From: Gnetum montanum
Taxonomy: Eukaryota; Plantae; Gnetophyta
Assembly (NCBI GenBank): GCA_015680685.1
Contig: MNCI01000690.1
Coordinates: 62,001 to 126,000 of the forward strand
DNA length: 64,000 nt
Direction of reading: 5' to 3'
Shown here piece by piece: positions 10,915 through 22,600 of this stretch (position 1 is its first letter; each line of letters opens with the position of its first letter). The notes under the pieces were generated by a model, which was not told where the DNA came from, did not search any database, and saw only the letters and a list, made by a program, of their open reading frames with translations. A program made the position numbers and the translations under genes.

Positions 10915-13900
10915 GTGAGTGGATGGGTTGCTTCTGAAATTTTGTTGTGGATTTATTTGCTACTCTCAATCCTAACAATTGTTCGTCAGCCATTTGACAA
11001 AACGCTTTTACTCTATTTATTTATTATTTTATTTTTCATTTTTTTACAAGGAAACTCCCACGCAACAGGGTAAATGTGATGCACTCTAAAAGTATTCCAC
11101 TGCAATGCTACTCTACCATTGTCGTAACTGGATGCAGAGACAGCATCAAACCCAAAACCTCCCTTTTGATAGATGAGTGTCCTGACCATTTCGCTATACT
11201 CTGGGTGCCCTGCACATTACTCAAATAACATAGATGGGCAAATCTCATGATGGGTTGGATATAACCTCAGTTAGATATAATGAGACTAAAAACATGATTA
11301 TACAAGGTATGAACTAGGGTTGTCCAGAGAAAGGAATAAGTGATCAAGGTACATCTCAGGGAGAGGGGCTAAAGGTACCAATGATCAAAGTGTATATTTT
11401 GGTGAATTTTGCTGAAGCAGCTAACATGTACAAAGACAGGACAAAAGTGATACAAGATCCCAAAAAATGGATCATAATCTAACCGTTCATTTATTTTAGA
11501 GACAGTTCTTTCTCCAATTCTATATGTCCTTTATTTTTGTTTTTCTTGTCGTTGGTCCACCTTTTATTCAGCCTTCAAAAAAAGGGAAAACACAAGAAGG
11601 CTTTGTATGACATATTGCATGACAAATATTGGTACGATGATACACATGACACATATTTGTAAGTTGATGCTTGTTCCTTGTTTTGAATATTGGTGTACCA
11701 CACATTACAGCATTAGGTCTATTTTATAATATTGTTTTTGCAAGTGTTGTAATGGACTAAACATTAATATTCATGTCTTCAATTATCCATGCATAGATAA
11801 AATTTGTTGGCTGGTGCTATCGGTATCAAAAATATTCTTATTAACAAGTGCAGGTTTAACTTAAAGCATTTGCAAGTTAGTTTAAATTTCCGTGACATTT
11901 TTTTAGTAGTGTATTTTGTTCTGCTGACAGTGAAGTTGTGTGAACAGATATGTAGACCAATTCTCAAGAAGCCTTTATGTCGAGTATAAACATGGTGGCA
12001 TCGATGTTCAGTGCCAGGTATATCTTTGACTGTCCACCATGACATGCCTGTTAGAAATAAATATTATGGCCTATTTTACCATTACACTTTATAGCATCAA
12101 AATGCAAATGTCTAAATGAATGCCTTGAATAATTTGTTAATAAACAATTTTATTGTACTTGTTGGTCCAGTGGCCTTGTGAAAAGAGCTCATAACGAAAC
12201 ATTAACAACGGGATCTTATTTTCTATTAAGATATCCATAATAAATGCTACATGGCTTGATAACTGCATGAGCGGTTCATAAGTTAAAGAAAGGAAACGAA
12301 AGTTCTTCTGCGCATTCCCATGGTACACAAAATAAAAAAACTAACTAAAGACTAACACAGTGATTAGTTAAACTCTCATTACGTATAATGTAAAATCTAT
12401 ACAAATGAATTTTACATTGTTTAAATTACTGAATCTAAAATTTAAAGATTACATATCTACCTACAGGCCAAAGTATTTGACAAATAGAACACGCACTTGG
12501 CTTCTCTTTGCAATAAAAAACCTTGCAACCATCACCTTGCAGGCGCAGATTCAGGAACATTCTGCATATCTCAAAATATGCACCATCTTGTTCATTGTTC
12601 ATCAATTTTCTATTCAGTCTACTCTTTCAAGTTCACCAACAACAAAACTATTATTTCTGCATGTTTTCTTATCTTCATTTTCTTCTGTAAGAGCAACCTT
12701 GGCATGGGGACTCTTTCCAGTAAGAATGTATCTCACTCCCATAAGACAATTAGTCTATTAATGTCCTTTTTTGGGGGACAAGAAACCATATCCTTTTTGT
12801 TTACAATAGAAGCGTTCTTGGTTGTCATGCTCTCTTGCAACAGTGAATCTGGCTCCTGGCTTGTGATCATGTTTGTGGGGGCATTACTGTTTCCTGAACG
12901 GGGACTCTCTGGTTTAAATACTTCCCATAGTGTTGATTAAATTTTTCTGTATCAACATATGTGGTTCTGAGAGTGATTGCAGCATTCTAAAGAGATAGGG
13001 CATACTATTGAGAAGAACAATTTTTTCATTGTTTTTACATCTTCTCTCACCAATAGTATTGAGTTGTGCTTTGAGAGAGTTGAAATAATTAAGATGAGCC
13101 ACAATGCCCTTGCTTTCATTCATTTTCAGCCTGAAGAAGCTTTGCTTCATTATTACAGCAGCAGAGAAATTCTGTGAACCATAAAGCATTTACAGTGTAT
13201 TCCAGATTTCATTTGCATTGTTGCCAGGCTTGATTAAATGCAAGTAACGATCTGCAAAAGCAAGCCTGATGAGTGCAACAACATAGTTATCCTTTGCTGC
13301 CACTTCACCTTCAAATCTGCATCTCTAAGCTCAGGAGTAGATTGATCAGCATGAGCATAAGAACCATCTCTTATCAAGATGAATCTAGTCATTGTTTCCC
13401 AAGAATGGAAAGCTTGGCCATTAAACTTCTCAATAGCCAGTTTAAGCACCCCATCAATGTTTTCGCAAGATAATGTCAACCGATCTAGGATGAGATGTTG
13501 CAGTGAAGGAAGGAATCTTGAACCTTATGCCCTGTTAAAGAAAGTATAGTTCAACTGGTAAGCTTGTTTCTTAGTTTGTAACACCTTGTGAGTTTGAGTT
13601 ATGGTTGAGGTATTTTTATGATCTATTTAAGTTCTACAAAAATATAGTGTTGCCTTTATGGCCTAGGGGTACAAATAGTCAAAGTTTTGTTTGCAACAAC
13701 ACCTTTGAACCTTGGACTTTGATACCATAATGCTGTTGTAGTGAACTTTTGAAAAGTGCATAAAATGAAACACGAATGCAAAAAATTATTTTGTATTAAT
13801 AGATCATCATCATCATCCTAGCCTTATCCCAATTACATAAGGTGGGCTATATGAATTATTTTTTGCCAGCCAAATTAACATTAATGCCCAACTCTTGAAT

Positions 13901-16181
13901 ATCTTTTATTATTCTTGCAAACCAAGTATGTTTTGGTGTACCTCTTTATTGTTCTCTCAACCTTGATAAATGATCTCTTCTAACAGGTGCACTTTGTTGG
14001 TCTTCTTAGCACATAAGCAAAGCATATAAGATGACTTTTCTTGATCTTTTCATGTATGGATGCTACTCCAGACTTTTCATAATAAGAGACTTGTTAATTC
14101 TTTCTTAATGACACCCAACATTGACCTTAGCATTCACCATCTCTGCCATATGCACATGTTGAGCAAACACTTTTTGATAGGCTAAGTTTCTGCACAAGAA
14201 AGGATCATAGGTCTGATAGTAGTTTTGTAGAACTTTCCCTTCAACCTTGCAAGGATTACTTTATCACAAAGCACTCCACTAGCTTCGTGTTTTATAATTC
14301 TTTCCCACTGACTTATATGCTTAATTGCTCTATAGTTTCCATAGTTTTGAATGATTCCTTTGTTCTTGGAGATGACTCTTATAGTGCTTCTACAAATCAT
14401 TTTGCATTTGCCCCTCCTCTTGGATCCTATTGAATAAATTTGTCAACTAAGTGATTCCTATATCCCCTGTAGACTTTCAAACCTTTACAGGAATACTATC
14501 CTATCTTGTCACTTTTCAATTCTTCTTCTTCATTAGTGGTTTCTTTACTTTGAAGGCATATATATAGTCGGTCATTCCTATGTTTGGTATTGTGCAATCG
14601 ACTTCATCTCTTGGAAGTTCTTTGTTAAGAAGCCCTGTTAGTAGACCCTTCATTGCTTCAAAATTTCCTTGTAAACAAAATCTTGATACTTTGACATGAT
14701 ACATTTGATATAGTCAATGTCTTCTCTCCATTATATGTAGCTTCCTACAGGCAAGTTATATTGACCCTTTTCATCAAATCCATAATTTCTTTGGTCCTCT
14801 CTGTCAATGTGCTATGTTCCACGTAGCCATCCTAACTTGTTGATGGTTCTTCCGAATCTTATATTGGACTAGCTACTTTATCCACACCTGCCCAATATGA
14901 TGTGGTAACCCTTGTATATTTGACACAAAAACTGAGTGGTGTTGTTGCACGTTGGTTCCAATGGATGTCATAGCAAGTCCTTGCATATTTCTCACAGCAA
15001 TGTGTGCCCTTCTGCTGTTATTATCACATCTGGGGAATGCCTATCACAAGGAATGCATGGTGAAGAACTCAAATATAATGAATGACAGGTGTTTTATAAT
15101 CACCTGGCAACTTGATGACAACCTCGTAGCGTTGACGCAATAAATTTACTTTACTGATGCCTTGTTAAATTGAGTTCCCTGTGCAAACTTACCCCGTTCA
15201 TTTTAAAAGTGCAAGGCACTTTTCTAATACATTTCACATTTTGTTATAACAAAAAAATTCAGATTTTGAGGCCTAGCACACGTACAATTAAATAGCTTTA
15301 TGGTATTGTTGTGCAGCTTTAAATTCGGTTAACATCATTCACTTTAATTTAATTAGGTTTTACAACTAGTAAATTACTATAGCTCATTGGATAAAGCTTG
15401 TCAACCCCTGAATTTTTTGTTGATACTTTATAGAACAGCATAACCCATTGAAATCAAACCAACATATGTGATTTGTTCCATCTGTCATTATATATCTTGA
15501 ACGCTCTCACTATTACTATTAGAGGACAAAAGTCTGTGCACTGCTTATTCATGTAAAATCCGGATGTCCTGCCCAGTTGGGAGGGTATGGAAGAGAGAGA
15601 TGCTAACTTCCGTTGATATCATAGACTGCTAGGTGAACCTTGACCTAATATTTAAAGTGTTTTTTTATGATATGACTCAGAAGGTTTAAGTCCACCTGTA
15701 CTACTTGGGGCATGGTAAAAACATACATTTTTTCTGTATGCCTAAATAGCTGAGCATTAAAACTATCATCAAATCACCAGCTTACCATCCTCTTCAAACT
15801 GACACGAGGGAAGACAATGATAGATTTGATATTTAACACCAAAATATGCAGTCTTGTTCTTGTTTTTCAACACACCAATAATGTTTGGGTTTTACCTAGA
15901 TATTGACAGGCCTTCTCTTGTTACAGGTTCCTCTGTATGTTGCAACAAAAATGGCTTCTATAAAGAAGGCCTCTCTGCTGGTTCCTTCACCAGTTACATA
16001 TGCACGTGCAGCCCTCCGACATGTTGGATATGAACCTCGATGCACCCCATATTGGCCACATTCTGTTGTATGGTGGCTGGTAAATATTTTGCCTGAATCT
16101 CTTGTAGATGCATATCGCCTGAAATGTACTCTTGGCATCAGAAAGAACGGTCAAATGAAAGATGCAAGAAAGAAGGAATAA
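10271..16181 (+). CDS. KCR1: Very-long-chain 3-oxoacyl-CoA reductase (beta-ketoacyl-CoA reductase, SDR), join(10271..10914,11948..12017,15927..16181), 322 aa
   Basis: N-terminal TM segment, YGSWAIVTGPTEGIG, NNVGISYPYARFFHE, YAATK catalytic motif, VDQFSRSLYVEYK, QVPLYVATKM, C-terminal RKKE; GT-AG introns keep frame (644+70+255=969 nt). Confidence 0.97.
11948..12017 (+). CDS. KCR1: KCR1 exon 2
   Basis: gaacag|A TAT GTA GAC CAA ... TGC CAG|gtatat; encodes YVDQFSRSLYVEYKHGGIDVQCQ. Confidence 0.95.
12900..13480 (-). mobile_element. Decayed Ty1/copia gag remnant in KCR1 intron 2
   Basis: IEKFNGQAFHSW, then ..KQSFFRLKMNES..HLNYFNSL..QL..IG..IVLLNSMP, typical copia gag; iMet PBS-like ACTTTGATACCA near 13715. 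Confidence 0.65.
13803..14330 (-). mobile_element. 3' fragment of a plant RTE-clade LINE
   Basis: ASGVLCDK..RLKGKFYKTTIRP.IL..AE motif; (GAT)n tail at 13803-13816. Confidence 0.8.
15927..16181 (+). CDS. KCR1: KCR1 exon 3
   Basis: ttacag|GTT CCT CTG TAT ... AAG AAG GAA TAA. Confidence 0.95.
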   Translation, partial: VPLYVATKMASIKKASLLVPSPVTYARAALRHVGYEPRCTPYWPHSVVWWLVNILPESLVDAYRLKCTLGIRKNGQMKDARKKE

Positions 16182-16451
16182 GCAAATCCTTAGGCTATGT
16201 AGGGGCATTCTGCTGTTGTTTCAAAAGAGAAAATCCTCTGTTCGTTTCCCGCCTGAAGTTAATTGTCCATGCTGATACTATACTTGTATTCTGGTGGCAA
16301 TTACTCACCCATAGACATGCCTCAATTTTTTTTATGTCAAATCAATTTAATCACTATTGATACATCTCCTTTCAATTGTCATCATAAATAGTCTAGCTAT
16401 AGATTTATAATATATATTTACAATTTGGTGGAGAGAATCCTTTAAGAATGA

Positions 16452-16780
16452 AGTATAAACCAGGTGGCTAGCAAGGCAGAAGTTAAGGATTGGGTTTGGC
16501 AGGTTGGAGATCATGTGTTTGATCCCAAGCCCTAAAATTGCCTGGGAGTAGCCACAAATCATAGAACCCACAAATCATAGAACGAAGCCTAAACCAGGTG
16601 GCTAGCAAGGCAGAAGTTAAGGATTGGGTTTGGCAAGTTGGAGGTCATGTGTTTGATCCTAAGCCCTAAAATTGCCTGGGAGTGGCCACTCAAAGAAGTT
16701 AGGCTTTCACTTAAGCTTATCTACAAGCCCTTCTAGGACCCCACTTAGCAAGATGAGTACTATGACTTCGGGTGATGATG
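16452..16780 (+). mobile_element. SINE (Au-like body, duplicated tRNA-like head, (GAT)n tail) with 15-bp TSD
   Basis: ATCCTTTAAGAATGA at 16437-16451 and 16781-16795; ~100-bp head at 16456 repeated at 16590; body CCCTTCTAGGACCCCACTTAGC..GGTGATGATG. Confidence 0.75.
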
Positions 16781-17997
16781 ATCCTTTAAGAATGACATCT
16801 AAAACAATTGTGTATAATATAGGATTAAAAGGTTGGAAAATATTATTTAGCATTATATTATGAGTATGGTGGAAAAGAGGGTTATGAATGAAATTTATAA
16901 GATTATAATTCTCCCTTAGTCAAAACAATGATAAAACATTTTTTGAGTGTTGATCAACTTCATTACTCCAACAACATTTTGATTTACATGTATGAAAATT
17001 ATCTTATATTTCCCTCATTTATGTCTCCATGTTTTTCATTATGTTAAAATGGAGTATTGAAACTTCCAATGTAAACATGCTTAAAAAATTATTATACAAG
17101 GGTTTAAAGAGATGATAAAATAAAGTGTAAATCAAATAAAGGTTTATTTTTATTGAGTAAACATTGCATGATGATACACAATATGTACACGTAACTTTTT
17201 CATGTCCATGAGAATGTTAATTAATAGAGTAGAATGAGATCATATGATTTTTTAGTTGAAAATAGAGGATGAAATGATGTACAATATGAGGATAGAATAT
17301 GTTTTGTGCCTACTACAAATGCTAGAAGATATGAACATTTATTATTAGAATGAAGAGAAAAATGTTTTTTGATAAACAAATGGCTCTATAAGAAAATTAT
17401 GTATGGACTTATTTAAGACAACAATGCTAGTTTTAAGAGGAATATTCGAAGTGCATGAATATTGAACACATTTTTTATACTTAGGATTTATTATTGTCCA
17501 TGTATTTTGTACAAACTAATTTGTTTAGCAATGTGTTTTAGTTTCAATTTTCAAGTAATTTATTTCATGCTTATCTTCATGGTTTATCTTATGTAAAGAT
17601 GACTTAAGCATCTTTGGGATTTTCTTCACTCCCACAGTAATAATGACTTTGCATTAATAAGAGGTGATTCAAGTGGTTAGTACATTGTATGACAAGGATT
17701 TGCAATCCGAGTTTCCAATTTAAATCATACTATGCTTATGGTCAAATTGTATTGCTGATTCAAGTCATACTTAAGACATCATTATATTCATCTTTAATTG
17801 GTCAAATTATGTTTATTTTCAAACAAATCCATGAGTCATGAGCAAAGTATCCTAATTTTCTAAACACATGTTGACTAACTTCTTAAAGTTTTCAAATCTT
17901 GTTGCATAACTCTTTCTCTCACTTACAAATTCCTGAATTATTCTTCCTTAAGTAAAGATCTTCATAACTTGTGACAATCATAAGAAATTTTTTCTGG

Positions 17998-18203
17998 TTT
18001 ACATCCTTTGTATAGTTATTGGTATAGGAAAATTCTTATAATCATGTTTCTTGTTTTTAAGACCATTTTCCTTTGTATTATCCTTATATTCATGAAATTA
18101 TTATCTCATTCTATTTCTAGTTTACACCCTTTGTATAATTATTGATATAGGAAAATCTTTGTAATCATGTTTCTTGTTTTTAAGATCATTTTCCTTTGTA
18201 TTA
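17998..18203 (+). repeat. Tandem duplication, ~123-bp period
   Basis: tttacaYccYttgtataRttattgRtataggaaaat...aatcatgtttcttgtttttaaga at 17998 and 18121. Confidence 0.7.
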
Positions 18204-18464
18204 TTGTTACTCTAATATTTGTGAAATTATCTATTTTACATCTTGTTTTATTTGTGCCGATCTTATTCCTACATCACATATAATATATTATCATTAAGAA
18301 GTATTAAAAAAACATTTTAAGGAGAATATGCTTAAAAGAAGGGTCTATATTTGAGGTATTGAATATGCTGTGTGTTCCTATTGTTTTGGGTAAAATATGC
18401 TTGAAACAAGGGTTTAGATTTGAGGTGATTGGGTATATTATCCAAAATCATGAGGTAGTAGAAT

Positions 18465-18605
18465 CTGGAAAGAATTGAATTATAGGCACACCTCAAAATA
18501 TATAGTCCAATTAGAACTTTATAACTCAAAATTGCCCACCATAATTGAGCTCATAACTTAGAGCTTTTAACTCAAGAGCCTTACCATAGGTTAACACCTC
18601 ATTGT
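18465..18605 (-). mobile_element. tRNA-headed SINE-like copy
   Basis: Reverse complement of the family unit (..ccataggttaacacctcattg). Confidence 0.55.
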
Positions 18606-19514
18606 TTTATGACTCAAAGTAATTTTTAACCAATCATACCATATATTATCATCTACCTTCTTAACTCTACTTTGTGCTTCTAAGCTACTATGAATCAAAA
18701 CAACCAAACTTCCACAACAGCATCCTTGCTCTTTCTTTCTTTTAGGCAGAAAAGAGTAAACTAAAAATCTAGTAATTATCAAGCATGAATTCTCATCCTC
18801 CCATATTTCTATAATGCCAAAGATATCATGATACCAATAAAAAAAGGATTTAAGATACCATGAGATTATTTTTAGGATCTTAACTATCAACCAAGATGAG
18901 AGAATGAAACAACATTAGTATTTGAAGACCCTAATCTAATCCTACGTTTGAAAATACAAATTATAAATATATAAGGCATAGAAGCTTTTTTCCACGAATT
19001 TGAATCAATATAATTTACGAATAAGTTAGAATTAAAAAATAATCCTGATGAATGTCATTGTCATATTGTTTTTACATCATCACTGATTAAAATAGAGATG
19101 AACTAGGAGATGAATTAACTAATTAGTCATTAACTACAAGCATCAGGACTTTTCCTAAGAATTTTCAATAAACATATTTTATGAATTAATTAGGATTAAA
19201 AGTGATGGCCAATTCATTTACTTATCATTCAGTTTTAGCTAATAAAGTTCAATCTATTAACAATAATTTCTGTGACAAAAATTTCTTGTTGAATTGTGGG
19301 AATGCAAAAAGAATTGATGATTGAAAGAAAGAATAACCAAACGTAACAAAATTAAAACAGTTGAATAATTGTCTGCCTAATCAAGGCAGACCAATAATGG
19401 AAAAGGTATTTCAGGGGCATATTATTGCATATGATCAATAATAAACAATCATATCAATATGGTCCCCTGTACCAACCATTAAATTAGACATCATCAATCA
19501 AGGGAAACTTTTTT

Positions 19515-19635
19515 TCATGCCTCCTCTTGCAATAGCGAAGTTGTGCATGAAAAAAGAGATTCTAGCTCAGGCTTGGATGCTATCCCAGATGCCTTCCAGC
19601 GAATTCTCCCTGCAGAGTCTACCAAGAAAATGTAC
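19515..19635 (-). CDS. ATP10: ATP10 exon 7
   Basis: cag|G TAC ATT TTC ... GCA TGA; YIFLVDSAGRIRWKASG. Confidence 0.92.
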
Positions 19636-22600
19636 CTGAAAAGTAGACAATAAAGGAATCTTCAGATTAACTAAATTACCGAGGAACGAATGGTTTAAAT
19701 TTAAAAGGAATGCTTGGGTTAACCCAAAAAAGAAAAATCTGGTGGCACAACATGTTACCCTGTCAGAAGGTTCAATATTTCCAGCTGTTTCCGCAATTCA
19801 TAATGATCCCCGAACAAATAAACAATGTTTTTTTGAAGCGTAACAGAACTAGAGACAGACTCTGACTTTCGCATGGTGCGCAGAAGCAGACGTTTAACAA
19901 GATTGAGTGATAACACCCATGAATCTATCAATGATACCTGTAAAGCATATTCATTCCAGTCAACATAAAAACTAAAAGATTCAACAGAAGTTAATAAGGT
20001 CCTATATACAGACCAATTTGAAACTTCAAATGCAATATAACAACATTGCATGTAGCCTGATAAGAGCCAGGTCAGATATGTCCTTGGGTACATATGGTAA
20101 TCTAGTTCTGGCTCCAACAAGCCCACTGATAAGACAGATTAGTTTGGATAAGTTTAGAAATTCCAGTGAGTTATAGCTCAGCTCATTAATTAAGACTTAA
20201 GATGAGAAAGGTGCACGTTAGGTTTACTTAGGATAGGAAAAGTAACTAAGTTCTGTGAACCATCCGAGCTCTGTGCACATTAACTCTTCTGAACGTCCCT
20301 TGCTCACCAGCAATACGCAGCCAAACACTTACGGAACCACAGCCGCTGCAATCCAACACCCAACCCAATTCTACGCAGCAATTCAACATCCAATTCTATG
20401 TTAGGTAAACCCAAGCAAGAACCACATTGCCAGACATGCTCTTAGGTATCACAGAGTAAAGCTTATATCAAGGATACCAACCAGACTTGGCATTTTTTTC
20501 AAACAAGGAGATTATATTAATAAAAATAATATTTGAAGTATAACTAGATTATTCTTGGGATCTTCACGGTCAACCAAGATGAGAGGATGAAATAAAATAA
20601 TCATATCAAGATACCAATCTAATCCTACATTAGAAATAAGAATTCCAGGTGTGTAAGACTTAGGCAATCAAGTTTTCTTTTATATATCAGATTCTCCTTC
20701 CAACTTTTTGGTCACTAGCCACCATACTTTATCTAGGTTGATTTCTATCCCTTCAAAAGTCATTTGGTTTCTTTCCTTCCAAATTTGTAAGATCACATGT
20801 GCTAGTATTTACTTACTAGCTATTGCTTACACTATCTGCCAAGACAAATGCTTTGAAGACTCAGCAACCTTTACAGCAGTAAAAAGGATCATGACTTTGA
20901 GGTTCCATGCTCATCCACCAAGCCATGTCAGCAACCTCTACAGCAGTAAAAAGGGTAATGACTTTGAGGTTTAATGCTCATCCACCAAGCCATACCCCAG
21001 AAGGGTCGGTGGATAAGTGAAAGCCTTACCTCTTTTCGAGTGGCTGTGCCCAAGCTCGAACCCTTGTATTATGATTCAGAAACAAAGCACCTTAAAAAGC
21101 ATCATCACCTAGAGGCACAATCCTAATCCCAGCACGTGAGGGTCCTGAGAGGGTTGGTATATGAGGGAAAGCTTAACCTCTTTTGGGTGCCTGCACCCAA
21201 ACTCAAACCTAGGTCTTAAGACTTGAAAAACAAGCACCTTACAATCTCAAAAATAAAAGATGACATACCTGAAACTCAAAAGGCTATGCATAAATGGAAT
21301 GTTACAAATAGTGTCAAGAATATCTGAGGTTTGCTGCATATGGTTAAGTGCAAGTTATTCAACTAGACTAATCTTGACAGTTAATTTCAATATGCGAGAA
21401 GAGAAGAAAAGTCTTAGTGACGATCTTCCAACATCCATATTACATGACCTGGACATGCATGAGCCTAGAGTGTAATTAACATGGACATACACCACTGAAT
21501 CTGAATGTGATTGTCTGCAATTAGATTTAATGATGGGGTCTACAATAATTCACGTAAAATAGTATTTTTTAAAAAATAATTGACAGCAAGAACAATGATA
21601 AAATTAGACATCACTATGAGAGAAGCAAACCTCAAACAGTTCTAAATCATTTCTGGAGTGGAATGCCTCCAGAAAAGGAGAAGTCCAAGATTCAATCATA
21701 GCCTACAAAAAGAAAGAAAGCAATCAACAAAAACTGCATTCTAGTTGTCAGCTGTACATGTGTGCCACCAAATATCCACTTGCAGATTTTCTAAACCTGG
21801 TAACAACTGCCATCAGTTATGCCTCAAAAATATGTCCAAAATTCATACCTGAGAATTGGCCCTGAAAGAAAGGCAGATAAGTGTTGCATGTGGATGCGCA
21901 GACTCTTCTTTTAACTCCTTTGGAAGAAAACAAGTTCTGCCATCATTAAATTCAACAAGCAATGAAGGGAATTTCTTGGCAGCTGCAACCGGAATAAGAG
22001 TTTCATTTGCCAGTCCAACCTGATAATAAATAGTAAAATACCAGATAAATATTTGACTATAGCTTAAAAAGAGAAAAAAGCGTAAACCACCATTTGAATC
22101 CTAAATATTTAAGATTTTTTTTAAGGAAATACATGAACCAGAGCCTTATCTACTCCGTAGAGAACATGGCATAGTAGTGAAGATACATGCGTGATTCAGA
22201 GCCATTGCAGCAAACATATGACATAATCTGGCATCTAAAAGCTAAACAAGGGTACATTCGTGGGCATCATATTTCAATTGGAGTTTGTTGTCTTCAATTT
22301 AAAATTAGAATTTAGGACCATGTATCAATAACAAAAGTTAATTGATGATATTTTGGGTGCAAGAATCTGGCAATCCTAAATCTTTAAGAGTCTTTTTTAG
22401 GAAATACATGAACCAGAGCCTTATCTACGAAGTAAAGAACATAGCATATTTGTGAAGATAAATTGGTTTTCAGAGTCTACTAACAATTACACATGTTCAT
22501 ATAATGCCATACTTGATTCAGAGCCATTGCAGTAAACACATGGCATAATCTGGCATTCAAAAGCTAACCAAAGGTACATTGCTGTGTATGAAATTTCAAT

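Noticed and set aside
10219-10993. Long antisense ORFs over KCR1 exon 1
   Set aside because: Shadow frames of a real coding exon with no independent motifs.
18860-20670. ~130-bp repeat shared by the region downstream of ATP10 (18860-18990) and intron 5 (20545-20670)
   Set aside because: Diverged dispersed repeat with no diagnostic structure; probably an old TE fragment.
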